Assembly (NCBI GenBank): GCA_050084515.1
Contig: CM114271.1
Span: 35,588,001-35,652,000, forward strand
Origin: Blasia pusilla
Lineage: Eukaryota
Reading direction: 5' to 3'
Length of the DNA: 64,000 nucleotides
Shown: one piece after another, positions 12,490 to 25,359 of the stretch
Layout: each line of letters begins with the position of its first letter
How positions within the stretch are numbered: position 1 is the first letter of the stretch
Program-made: the position numbers and the translations under genes
Notes under the pieces: generated by a model
Databases searched by the model: none
Seen by the model: only the letters and a program-made list of their open reading frames with translations
Told to the model about the DNA's origin: nothing

Positions 12490-15090
12490 GAAGTTCACTA
12501 CCTAGCTCACGCAACTGTAGGTCTTGCGACTCCACATCTTTTCTTTACTTTCGTGGAAGGCTTTTGTCTGTTTTTGTCGCAATGGAAGCAAACTGGAGTG
12601 ACTTGAGGTAACCTCTGTGCTAGGAGTAATTACTTATCCGTCACGGAGGTGCGTGGGGACACTCCGTATCTGTCACGCGCAAATGTTAGGAGATCGAAGA
12701 GTGTGCTGGGGAAGGTCCGTGAGCCAAGATCACATCCTATGACCACGACGGACTTTCTCCAAGAGAGGCGGATATCTCCTTAGCCAGATGATTTGAGAGA
12801 TTGGTAAGCCGTCGTCCACTCGTTTCCACTGCAGTGCAGATGTAGAGGTCAAGGTCCCTCATATCCTCCCGGAGATGAGTCAGGCCCGTGATGGGAGCTC
12901 TCGTTTATGAATCTTGTCACTGCATTAGTCTTTCCGCTTTAGGACGAAGGAACTGCACACCTCCCCTTCCTCACAGGAAAATTTCGTAGCACCGACCTTG
13001 TCCTTCAAGAACGGAGTTCGCCTGTGATGTGTGTACGAGAAGAATGATCAGGATTTGCATAAATGGCTGCGGGGTTGGAATGTGGTAGACGGGTCAGTTT
13101 ATGACGGACCAATCTAAAGAACATGTACGGCCATTAAAATGAGTTCAAAATCTTAGGAAGGAGTGCATGAGCCAAAGCTTCAAGACTACTTTTGCATCTT
13201 CCCTCATGACCACAGGGATCCTGTAAAATCTCATGAAGAATCTGCCCTCCCACACCATGGCTTACCAACACCAAAGGCACCGACTACATCTGGTTGATAA
13301 TTTTGCAGTGTACAAATCGTCGGACTGCGAGTTACAAACTGTTCTTCGTGGTCGAATCGGATTCGAGCTCAGTATTGAAGGCGCTTTGTTGTACTATTGA
13401 AATCCCATTGCCACTTAAAGAGTGCATCTGAATAATCGTTCTCGACGTGGCGGAGTAATCGACTTGTTCCACTCTCCCGGTAGTCCGATGCGCGAGAAAC
13501 TCTTCGAGTAATTCTAATTGACGGAAACTAGACTTAGCCGATGATGGATTCGTAGGAGCTTTGAAAATCAGTATACAAGCGTTGCAAATAAAGCAAGACC
13601 TTTTGCATTCGTCAAGCTTTCTATCTAGACACACTTCCTTTCAGGGATAGGGTGACATGCGCGATTCGATGTGACATGCGCGGTTTCTCATTAGAGCGAT
13701 GAGAGATCTTAAAGCTAGTACGGTAAGTATGCTGTTGAACCTGATCATTGCCACCTCCTGGCCAAATCTTACAGTGTTCTCCCCCAGCAGTTGAAGTAGT
13801 AGTCTACCGGAGCTAATATGTGTACCTCTCTCTAACTAGTGTTTTGGTCGGAGGAGAGAGAGGAGACGGAGGTGATGAGAACAACTTGCGAGCACTGAAG
13901 TACCGACGGATGGTACCGCAGAGCGTCCATGATCCTCCGATTTGGGAGCCGCTCTTTGAAGCTCTGGCGCATAATTCTGATGTGAGTCGATTGTCCGAGA
14001 TGATTTTACACCAGCAGCACCCGCGTTTTGTAGTTTGTCGAATTTCGATGGATGTGTTCCGAACCTGTACGAAAGGAGGTGGATTGTGGCAAAACATCCG
14101 CAGCACTCGATATGGGCCTGCGGCTTGGAGCCTTGGGTTTTATTGTCCTTAAGGCGCCGGGGCCACTTCGATCATCGGTCCATTTCGGCTTACCACCGGG
14201 CAATTCTTTTGTCATCGAAAAAGGATATAAGGGGACTAGAGAGGGGAGGGAATCGAGGCAAGACATCGGAGACAGAAAAGGGAAATGTGCGGGCGGCAGT
14301 AGCGACTAGAGGATGGGCAGAAGAAATGTGGATGGCCGCACTGGAATCCGTAATAGGACGAGTCGCATTGGAATCCATGAGGGCCGGATCCCATGCACAC
14401 CCGATCTTTGGGTGCAGAAACGGTGCGTTTCGTGACATTATTCGTTTTGGAGGTGGAAATGAGCACGAGCCCATGGTCCTAAACGACCATGGGGAATCGA
14501 CCCCTAAGAGGATGAGTGGATGTTGCCAAGGGTAGTTTGTTATCTCCTTCTCCAATTTTCACTAGAAAGATAAATAGAACTGCTTTTCTATTTATCTTCT
14601 TGAGAAAAGAAAAGAGAGAGAGAGAGAAGAAAGGGGTATCCATTCCTACTCTCTCTAGAGGAGGGGAAAAGGAAGGGGAGAGAAACTTTCTCTTCTTGGA
14701 AGGAGGGTGGAGACCGAGGTGGATGAGGAAGGGAAACACATGAAGAAATCTCCATTCTTGAAAGAGAGGGGAGGCATGGTGCGGATCTCATAAGTTGTGG
14801 TGAGGCTTCCCTTACCCTTTATATTGTTCAAAGCTCAAGTGGTATATATTATAAGAGTTGCCACTCCATCTTTGTTGCTTGGTTTCTCCACCTAGTTAAT
14901 TACTCATCTTACCATTTTGTTGGAACAAACTCTCGTGTTGAGGTACTTTGATGGAAAACAAATAGATCATCCTTTGACACGTGTCATGGGAAGCATGAAT
15001 TTATTTATTTATTAAATTTTGGGCAATATAATGATTCATCGCATACATAGCATGGATTTTTGGACGCCTAAACAACTGGGAGGACTACCA
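12490..15090. mobile_element. Decayed TE-like segment, possibly the 3' region of a Ty3/gypsy (Tat-like) retrotransposon with an antisense ORF relic
   Basis: Balanced-GC tract with interrupted minus-strand reading frames (~13100-14550). It is followed by a purine-rich stretch, TATA-like motifs and a PPT-like CTGGGAGGACTAC at ~15076-15088. No intact domain recognised. Confidence 0.3.
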
Positions 15091-18000
15091 GATATGAATG
15101 CTACTTGGAGAGCATTTCTATCTTGTCTTTTTCAAATTTTCACATGCTCATGTTACTTATCATGATTCTTGCATGTCTTCTTTTCAATCTTTGATGAAGA
15201 GATGGCCCTACCTATACAACATTTCTTCAAGGTTTCAAGACATAAAAGGCCAAGTTCACTCTGTCCTTATAATATTCATACTTCATATTTTAACGTTATT
15301 CTTTGCCATCGATGAAACATACATCCATTCAAAGATTTTATTTCCAAATGGAAAGTATGATAAGGCTCCTCTTTCTTTTTAGTTGTAAGAATATAAAATA
15401 TGATTAAATCGTAAAAATGTATTATAAATCTTGAAGATACAATGTGTCATACTCTTTACGTGTGCTCACTTTAGAGCTTTGACAAAACCTAAGTATTGAG
15501 ATACATTCTCAACACATGAGAATGTACTACCACTATGACATCTTGACTATTTGACTGCTCGGGAAATTAAGATTTTTGATCTTCTTTATTTATTTCTATT
15601 AATAGAAAAAGTTTTGAGGCATGTATCTCTAAACTCTTATGATACATCAAGATGCCTTGCAACTTGATGCAAGATAGAGTTAATAACGTTACTCCATAAA
15701 CCATTTACGTCATATTACTATGATTTCTTTGACGTCTAAGTCGAAACCATTAATTAGTGTGTCATCTCTTGTTAGGGGGACAATTGGATTAGTGGTGCAC
15801 AAGAAGAAATGGACGTTGAGAATCCACCATAACATGTGTGGCTTTAGGGATATGTCAATTTTTATTGCTTAGTCATTCCATTTTTTTGTTAAGTGTAATG
15901 AAAAGTGACTTGTTATTGGATTTCTTTTCTTATGTAAGCGCTCATCAAAATCTATTGAGAGATTCTCATCATCCATCATAGCACAATTTAAGAATATGCT
16001 ATCTAGCATGTTTCTATACTAGAATTTTAAATGTTTGGAACACTAAGAATACTTTTGATTTGACTTTCAAAAATTATATCCACACTTATGTGGAGAAGGC
16101 ATCAATAAATGAAACAAAATACCAACAATCACTTGCGCTATGTTGTAATGTTGTTTATACATCCCTATGAATGAACTCCATCATCTTGGATGTTGATTTG
16201 TTTTATCTTAGAAATAGAAATCTAACTTGTTTTTCAAATTGGCAATCAGGGCATACCTCTAATATAATAAGATTCTGTAATTTAGAAGGATTATGAAGTC
16301 CTACAACTAGTTTAGATGATGAAAAACTTTATAGTCTTTCATGATTCATATGCCAAACTCTCTGATGCCATACATTGAGATTTACGACTTATTGGCTAGT
16401 TTGATCATAGATTATTGTTTGAATCTATGGCATAGAAACAAATGATTTGAATATTCTATCAAATCTTGATCATTTGGCTATCATAGTCTAGTCATCTATT
16501 TTTTCAATGAAGCGACTATTTGTCTTAAAATTCATGTGATAGTTGTATTCTACTATCTCTCCTATAGAGATCAAATTTCTTGTAACAAAATTCATCATAC
16601 AATTGAAACCCCTCACCAATTAATTCCAAAACTTAGAAAATAAAGATCATTAATAACTTACTTTTTCCCATTACGCTCCCTTATTGGTTGTTTGTGGCCG
16701 ATAAGAGACCCGCCAACTAAAATGGGCTAGGTATTGAAACGACGTGGCTAAATCCAAATGACACATAAAGCCGATATGTTCATAATTGAATGGCAATTAT
16801 GAGATTGATTCAATTTATTATGCTTGCCACATCTGTTTGCCCCCAACATCCCTTACTATGGTTTCGAGCCGTATTGTATACAACACCCATTAAAGCCTCC
16901 AAGACACACACACAGAAAACTTTGGCTATTTTAGAAAGCATAAATGTATGTCATTAAACCAAAAATATTTACTCTCCCTTGAAAAGGAAGACAATTTTGG
17001 AAGTTTTTGTACAAGATTTTTTCTTCTTTGACATCCTCCTATTATGGCAAACTTTAAGAAAGCCTCTTCAATCTATATATCTCCTTAAGAGCCTTTCTTC
17101 GAGTTGATTCTTTATCTCCTTCTTCTATAGAGACTTCTAACATGCTAAAGAGTTCACTCAGAAACATTGAAATCTTGGAAATAGAATCTTTCATGCCATA
17201 CACCCTTGCCAATTCTTCTAGCCATAATGATGTCGAGTCATACCCAAATAGTGCCAGGTTTGAAAATAGCCCCTCCCTTTTTCATATCAAAGTTTTTTTT
17301 TTGCGTTCGTGAACATCTAAGTACTTGTCTAATCTAGCCAATGTTCTTTCTTTTCGATCTATCTTTTCCTCCTAGCAATGTAGATCCAAGGAATGGTCTA
17401 GCTTCATCCCTACATACTCCATGCACAGTTTAATATCTGCTCACCAAAAATTGACGGTTCACTCTATTATAAGGGGGAAGCTGGTACATTGCTCTCTTCC
17501 CTTGCATCATGAACAACAAGACCCTAATGCAATAAGATCTGAGAAAAAAATTACCAACTGTTAGTAGGTGCCCTTACATTCAATGCTAAGTGAAAGTATC
17601 AAAAACCTTAGTATAGAAAGTCCAAAAAAAACTCCATCTATTTGTAAATAGTTATAACCGCACTCCAAAAATGAAGTGAATTTACCCATCGAAAAACCCT
17701 ATAAGTGTGAAAAAACCTTCAATGTAGGATACATATAACTGTACATAGTCGCATGCACACCATATATACTGCAAAACGCATCCACCTAAGGCACAAACAA
17801 AGTAGCCACAAGGTTATTTCATGAAAAAACAAACCTATTCCAATGGTAATTGTAAATAGTCGCAAACACACTCTACATGTGCAAGTATGAAAAAAAGCTT
17901 CTATGATACTAAAAATAGCCAAAACCATAAACAAAGCAAAGTGTAAGAGGAAAAATAATTCCCAAAAAATCACCATGGAAGTGTAAAGAAAAATATAAAT

Positions 18001-19836
18001 AGCTGCAATGATTGTATTTGACTACATTAACGAAGCCAAACCATCCTATCAACACTTGATGATTGTTCGTGTGAATCTTCTCCACTTTCTCTTCTAATGC
18101 ACATGTGGGGATATTTTTCTGCACATGTATCTCTAACTCCCATGCCATGTAACCTATCTCATGATACATATTCTCTTTCATCATAAGAATGGTTCACGAC
18201 ATTAATTGGCAAGAATTGAGTGATTTTCCTTTGATTGCTGATTAATTACCAACCATTCACAACCTCCATTCTCGCCTACCCCCTCCCCTGAATACCAGTA
18301 CTCCTCACTTAGGAGAGTTGGTATACATTTCCAACCACCTACATCATCACAATAAGAAAAGTAACGATCTTTAATCCATGCAAAGTCATGTACCATGGTT
18401 GGATGCATATATTTTTGGACATGTTGATCGAGTATAAAGAGTGTCTCTATCTAGAATATCCGACTAACCACATGTATTGGCTCATACTGGAAACTGTAGG
18501 TCACCATGAAGCGATCTCCATTTCCTTCGCAAGTGTCTATCTACACTTGTTGCTCATGTATTATAACCATTTTGTTTTGGCATGATTTAGTGATGAGGTG
18601 TGACTCAATTTGTTTGAGAACCCCTTGTAATAAGCTATACATCAAAGGTCTGCAAATCCGGATCAATCAAGATCGAATCGATTGTTTGAACCTCTACCAA
18701 TAAGTAGCAACTCCACTATCTAGCAATCACCGTCCGCTAAAGATATTCTAACATGGCTTATCAGCACGTCTGTGTGCCTCTAGTGAAACCAAAAACGCAC
18801 GATGAAGTGCACGCAACCCCATCCTCCACCCGTGCAGTCAATTCACCACCTCCAAAAAAAAATCACAACTCCCATCCACAGAGGTCTTGTGTCTTGTATC
18901 CTGTGCATTGTGATTGCCAAAACCTTGTTTTGAATCTTACCTGTGTGGTTATAATTGCACTCAGAGGGATATATATATTTCTCCCTAATTAAGGTACATC
19001 CAACATGAGAATGAAGAGAAAACCCTGCAATTAAATTGGGTTTTCTTAGGTAATAGCGATTGCTAGAGATAATTAGCACTTCATAGACGTGAGCTCTTGT
19101 CGGACTGGGACATGCTTTGCCACACCCTTATCCTCGTAGCTAACCTTCCTTTGCCAACCTTGCTTCCTAGGTTAATTCGCTTTGGTTGAGCAACTATCCG
19201 CCTAACCATATCTTGCTATTTTGGAAGCTTGCCCCATTTGGATTCACTCTATTGTAGTGCTCCACAAAATTTAGTTCTTTCCAATGGTGGCTATCATGCC
19301 TTTTTTATTGGCGGCTCCTCACTGTTCTCTACTCCTAGTGGATAAGTTACTTTGACTTATAATAGTCATGTACGCTATGCGGACAAGTATTTCCATCCTT
19401 TTTGTAATCACATTCTTGATTACCTAGTAGATAATGACCAATACCCAACGGTTACTTGAAGTTGTAGGGGCTTTCACTAGCGGCCAATCATAGCCCAAGA
19501 CCCCTATCACAAAATGGACGACACCTTGTAGTTAATTTTTTTTGAGAGGCTTGTGGAGAGAAGATACTAAGAGCTTTAAGCCCCTAGCGGCATTTTTAAG
19601 CAAACCCTTGCATTCTTCACGAGCATGTTCAGCTAGGCTTATGTAAAATGCCTCATGTTTCGCGTCCCAATCCCCATTCATGTTTAATTGTGCGATGGAT
19701 GAGCAACCATTTTCCTCTTCAAGTACTTATTCTATTTCTTCCTCTGACTTATCATAAATGTCAATCACACTTGGAAATACTTCACTACCTTCTATGCGGC
19801 ATCGGAAAGGGTCCATTTGAAGTTCTTATCCTTCAG

Positions 19837-20259
19837 CTACCAATCTAACATTCCCAATCTAACATTACGAGTAGCCACCATCCAATCATCTGCATAAGGA
19901 TTAATGTCATTCATATCAGGAAGTACTTCAAAAATTCCGAAATAATCTTGGACAACCATGTGGTCATGTAAATTTTCAGCATTTGTCAAATCTACGTAAA
20001 AATCTTGTGGAGTATTCGCCATGGTCTCTACATTATCCCCTGTCACAACTTGCATTTGTCCACGTCTCCAATGTGGATTAGTAGTAGGCCTACGAGCGAT
20101 GACATGTGTTATTAAGATTGGGCAAGTTTTCCTATTATGACCCTCTTCTTTGCAATGGCTACATCGATGACCACCACTTTGCCCGTAACTGTGACTCTTC
20201 GATATTTTTCCACTTTGAAATGGCACATTACGTATAAAAGATCTTGTAATAATACTCAT
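19837..20259 (-). mobile_element. TE-derived fragment with a CCHC zinc knuckle (MuDR/Mutator-like or gag-like relic)
   Basis: The ORF contains RCSHCKEEGHNRKTCP (CX2CX4HX4C) within a region of stop-riddled frames. Confidence 0.4.
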
Positions 20260-20351
20260 AGGAGATGATACCCAACATCATATCATGAATATCGATAAAG
20301 TTTCAATATCATCATATGATCTTTATGCTCTTGGAAATATTTTTTATGTTT

Positions 20352-20495
20352 CTACAGGGGATACGGATTGAGAAGTTGTGGAGCATCCACGACTTCCAGA
20401 GGCGCCCATGTGAGAGTTTGCGTGAGGCCTACAATCGCTTGCGCTGGTTGATTAGCGTCACTCAAGGGATGATAGAGTCCTAGGCTATTCAATCC
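20352..20495 (+). mobile_element. Retrotransposon gag fragment (degraded)
   Basis: Translates LQGIRIEKLWSIHDFQRRPCESLREAYNRLRWLISVTQGMIES*AIQ. This resembles the Q-x-x-x-x-E-S-L-x-E-A-x-x-R motif of retrotransposon gag. Confidence 0.45.
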
Positions 20496-21443
20496 ATTGT
20501 TACCCACATTCCCCTATACACCAAAATAATTCCTCTTCCTACAACATCATATTACAAAACCATTTACATTGTGAGGTCATATGATTTGACATACTAGAAT
20601 CGATGTACCAATCTCTCGTTATTGAGATGTAGTGGATTACTTGCCTTGCACGTTTATTTCAGGCATGAAAATTCAAGTCTGTTGAATCAACTTTTGGTGC
20701 GGCCTCATTATTTGTTACAATCTCCCATAGTTCATCCAAGAAATTGTTTCATGCAAAACTTCCAAACATTGTTATTTTGCTTATCTAGCTTCTCATCTAT
20801 ATTTACTGTTGAGGAATATTTTATCAAGAACGAATGTACTTGCAAATTATAATTTTAGGTTATATCCTACTCTAATTGAAGTATAGACCACTCCTATACA
20901 AAAATTGACCAAATATACGAAAGAAGTAGTTGAAATTGGCTTGTAGAGAGCAAACTCCATAACTTTCCTTCACTAATGGTATTTTCTTACATTGAAATTG
21001 CTATTGTAAGAGCTCAAAATGTCACAATTGGACGACTTTGGATGTGTCAAAAAGCTCTTGAAGAGCTCTATAAGACGGTTGGAACAAGCTTTCAAGCATT
21101 GTTCTAACGGCTAACCATCCAAATTTTTGAAATGATCGAGAAAGTCCTTAAAAGTTCCGATAAAGTTTTGTTACTTTCATAGCTCCTCTTGAAATCTTCT
21201 ACCGTTGAGCTCTAACTGACATCTCCTTGCCCCAAACTAAAATTTTGCCTCCTCTTGCCTCTCTTCTCTCCTCATACACTGACAATTTCAAAGCATATTC
21301 TTCTTTCGTTCTAATATCATGTAGAAAAGTGTTGAAGAAGCATGATTGATAGAATATGGCTCTCTCACATACACACTCCACCATAGAGAATCAAATTTTG
21401 TAATAATAGAATGAATGGGAGCTAGTCCCCTTCATAATTATAT

Positions 21444-21892
21444 AGGGTTATATATGTACAACATGGTTGCACAAAAGCGGACTTGTCGAGAAAAGTTCAG
21501 ACATACCATCTTGCACTTGCAGCATGGCCCATGTTTCTACTGCAAACCCCGCTCGCATTTGGCCCGCCCCCAGCCCGCGTCTGGCTAGCACCCCTCTTAC
21601 GCGTAGCCCTCGTTCGACCCACGCGCGTCTTATGTGGGTCTGCATAGCTCACGCAGCCCGCGTCCCTTCTACGCGGACCAGATTCGAGCCCGCATAGCTC
21701 GCCTGGGGCCCACGCGGGCTCGACGCCAACCAAAAAATAATTATAAAAAAATTGTTTTGGCTCGCGGGGGCCAGGATTAGATGCGGTGCGGGTGCAAGCA
21801 AGGCGAGTCTGGGTGCGAAATACGGCGGTCAAGCCCACACGTCCGTGAATAGAGACTTGTTTTGCGTGCAACCCTCATGTACAAGAAACCCT
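21444..21892. mobile_element. GC-rich MITE-like element with imperfect terminal inverted repeats
   Basis: Left end AGGGTTATATATGTACAACATGGTTGCACAAAA; right end TTTTGCGTGCAACCCTCATGTACAAGAAACCCT (imperfect reverse complement). GC-rich non-coding core within AT-rich flanks. Confidence 0.5.
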
Positions 21893-22449
21893 TATTCTAA
21901 CCCCGACTTGGATCCTAACTATAGTCTTTAATGAGATTAATTATGGAAATTAACCCTAGTTAAGATGATCTTGCTTAATTGACTTAGTGTAACCAAAATT
22001 AAACTTTTGTACTTTGTGTGAGTACCAAATATAGTAGTTCATATGTTGGATGAGCTTGATTATATCTCTATTTTCAATAACCCTAAGCAACTTTGCATGG
22101 TTACCAGAACTTCCATGGGATGGCCCACACCTTCTTATTTCTTATTAATATCTCTAGAAGTGGTTTCTCGTACTCTTCCTTGCCCTTTGCCTCATGCTTA
22201 GTTAATGAGGCATGATAGAGATCAAAGTGGTATCTATAGAAGTTGCTTTGCTTACTTTCCTTGTCCTCTACCATAGGCTCAATTAATGATACATGGTAGA
22301 GATCTCAGTGATATTTTTACGTCTCAATATCTGCAACATGTCTACAAGTAAACACACGGGATCATCCATTGATGCATCCTTGAGGTATCAGAATATACTT
22401 GAGTATGCTAGAAAAGGGTTGAACTCATGTGGGTTATCTATCCATTATG

Positions 22450-23407
22450 TGTCATGTGCCTACTCCTCTTCAACGTCAATCTTTAGTGTTGCGGAAGCGT
22501 ACGTTCACTAGGACCCGCTCTCACTATCGATCTGCAACCAAACACTCTCACGTTAGTCTTGTCCTTGTCAATTGGCCTTCCAAACCACCGATTTATCAAC
22601 TCAGCACCTTATAAAACTCAACCTTCCCTCTTTACTAGGTTCCCAACATGGGTAAGTCTTCTGAGACTTGGGACAAACTTTCTGATTAGTCCAAGCACCT
22701 AAAATAGCGTTCGTGCGCCTAGCAGTCCCAACTGTCCAATGGACCTTGCATGAGCCCCCTAACCCAAACCCAACTAAATGAGTCCCAGGTTGGAATCCAA
22801 TAGGGACCTCCAAAATCCACCCTATTGGACTTGGTTTGGGTTTTGAATCCAAACCCCAAAACTTCCGATCCTTTCTGTGCCCTTGGATCGCCCTATGGCC
22901 CCCCAAAGTGGGGTTCGAGTCCCAAGCACTCTTGCAAACCTTCCCCCTTACTAGTAATTCTGGGGATGCCTGCCCTCCCCCTAACTTTGGGGAAAAGACA
23001 CTCTTTTTGGCACTCAACCCGATCCCCTGTACAGTCCTTTTTGGCCAATATCTTAGCCTCTGCTTTTGTGTTTGCTAAGATCTTTAGTGCATTGGAATCA
23101 TCTTTGCATAAGATTTCAAAAATACAGCCAAAACCCTAAACGCTAGTCATATTCCAAATTCGGTTCTCACCTCTTTGGCAACCAACTTCCCTAGAATCAA
23201 CTCCGCTTGAGTCTCACTTCACGTTTGGTCCAGGTTTCCTTGTCGTGACCATAAACGCATGAAACACTCAATCTTGTTCGCGCCCCATCTCTTGTGTCTC
23301 TTGCGTCTCTTCCAAGAGACCACTTCAACGCGCAAACCATCCGAGCATGAGCCCGCTAGAGTTCGGATGTTCAACTTGGCACTTGTTTGGTTATGAGGGT
23401 TGGGATA
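22450..23407 (-). mobile_element. Solo LTR (Ty3/gypsy-like), copy A, 958 bp
   Basis: Perfect 5-bp TSD TTATG (22445-22449 and 23408-23412). Aligns end to end, as reverse complement, with 25360-26360. No adjacent PBS or internal domain seen. Confidence 0.8.
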
Positions 23408-24530
23408 TTATGATTCATACCAAGTTTCAAGTTCTAAACCTTCATATGATCCAATACATGAGTAGAGCAACAATAAGTGATACAATGAAGAAAGACTCTT
23501 TGCTCATCCACATCAACTTCTATCCTAGGATAGACCACTAAAAAGATCCATCTAAGTATCCCACATAGGTATATCCTCCCCCTTTAATCCATACATCAAC
23601 AACTCTCTTCTCATCTCTTCCCATAAAATATTATACCCTTACAAAAATCTTCACAAGTACAAGATTTGGATTACAATGGGCACTATTATATTCACAACCA
23701 GTTTGTGAGTTGTGGGAGTGCGATCTAGTTGCATAGCAATTGTAAACCCTAAGAATTGGGCTTGCAAATTGTGGTTATAATGCGGCTCAAAATTTTCTTT
23801 TTCTTATGCTCACAACTTAGTTCTAGTTCAGTCAGAGTTTAGTCACAAAATAATTCTAAGGTGCTTGTAAATGATTAGCAATATTTTAGCAACTTTAATT
23901 AGCAAATAATTTGTAGATGATTGTGAGACTGGTTAGTTGCAAATAGGTGGCAAAACATCACTTGCAACTCACATGCAAAATAATCTCAAAATAGTTGGAA
24001 AAAGTCATAAAATAATGAGTCAAAGTAGTGGTTTTCTACACTTGCAAAGTGCTTGCTTTATGTTCCTTTTTCACTTAGTTTGGGCTCATTTTTTTTTTTT
24101 TTTTCCTCTAAGGGGATTTTGACTCCTTCTAGTATTAAAAAAGGTCAAGACTTAATAGCTTCAATATAGAAAGAAACTAGTTGCAAAGTGAGGAGAGGAG
24201 TCTTGGAGAATTAGGAGGAAAAGCCAAAATAGAGCGGTTGTAGCACTATATGTAGGCCTCTACAACACGTGCGATGTTTTAGGGTCCCTCTAACTTTAAA
24301 GTCCCTGAAAAAAATTTCCGTCCCCGTTTCTTTTACTTAGAAATGTCCTAAATCCATAAATTTAGGTCCCTAAATTTTTTCAAGGAAATTTTTCAAAAGA
24401 ATAGAAAGACCCTTGGAAGTAAAGAGAAGCTCTTGTTTCTAGCCACCATGTTCATGAATAAGGTATAGGTCACAAAACTTGCTATAAGTTACAACAACCA
24501 AATATTTGATACAAGGTAACTTAACAATTC

Positions 24531-24790
24531 AATGAATATAAACTCATTCTATCAATCCATCACCCCAATAGTCTATCCCCTACATCCACTATAACCAACT
24601 CTTTGATGCAAGGGAATTGAACCCTTGAATGAATATAAATTCATTCTATTAATCCATCACCCCAATAGTCTATCCCCTACATCCACTAAAACCAACTCCG
24701 TGATGCAAGGGAATTGAACCCTTGAATGAGTATAAACTTATCATGCCAATCCATCACCCCCTCCCCCTAGCCTATCCCATACACCCACTA
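24531..24790. repeat. Tandem repeat, 97-bp unit, about 2.7 copies
   Basis: Units start at 24531, 24628 and 24725 (AATGAATATAAA...CCATCACCCC...GATGCAAGGGAATTGAACCCTTG). Confidence 0.9.
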
Positions 24791-25359
24791 ATTGTATAAA
24801 TCAATAAACAAAAAATGCTTACTCAATAGAAAATAGAACTCAAAATTATGTTGAGCACATACATGTACATCTCAAAACAAGAACTATGTCATCGTTTGCA
24901 GATAATCATCAATTTTTTGCCTAGCAATAGGATCTAATACATAGATGCGCTCAAGCCCTTACTTCATAATTAATGTTACATTAGATATTACCATCTCAAT
25001 ATAAATCCATTGCAAATCATTTGTATCATATGTGAATTGAGATTTGTTGTTACTTGTGGGTTTATACCAATTAAACAAAAATTGACATATGCGACCTGTT
25101 TGACCAATAGTAGGTACATGCCTGTCTAAATAATCAAAAGCTGCTTGTCCCACTATGTACCAAACTTTCGACTGATCATAACAATCCGTCCCAACCAAAA
25201 CTCCTTTCCTATTGTTGGCCCATATACCATCTCCACTCCTTTCCTTATCCCTCTCCCTCGCTTCTCACCTCTTTTTGCCCTAGCTGATCTTGTTGAAGGA
25301 AATGAATTATCAGTTGTCTCAAAAGCAACTGCACAATCTGAACCAACATCGGCCAAGCA

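Noticed and set aside
24605..24659. Functional tRNA gene
   Set aside because: Lacks a D-arm, A-box and 7-nt anticodon loop; reported only as a tRNA-like fold.
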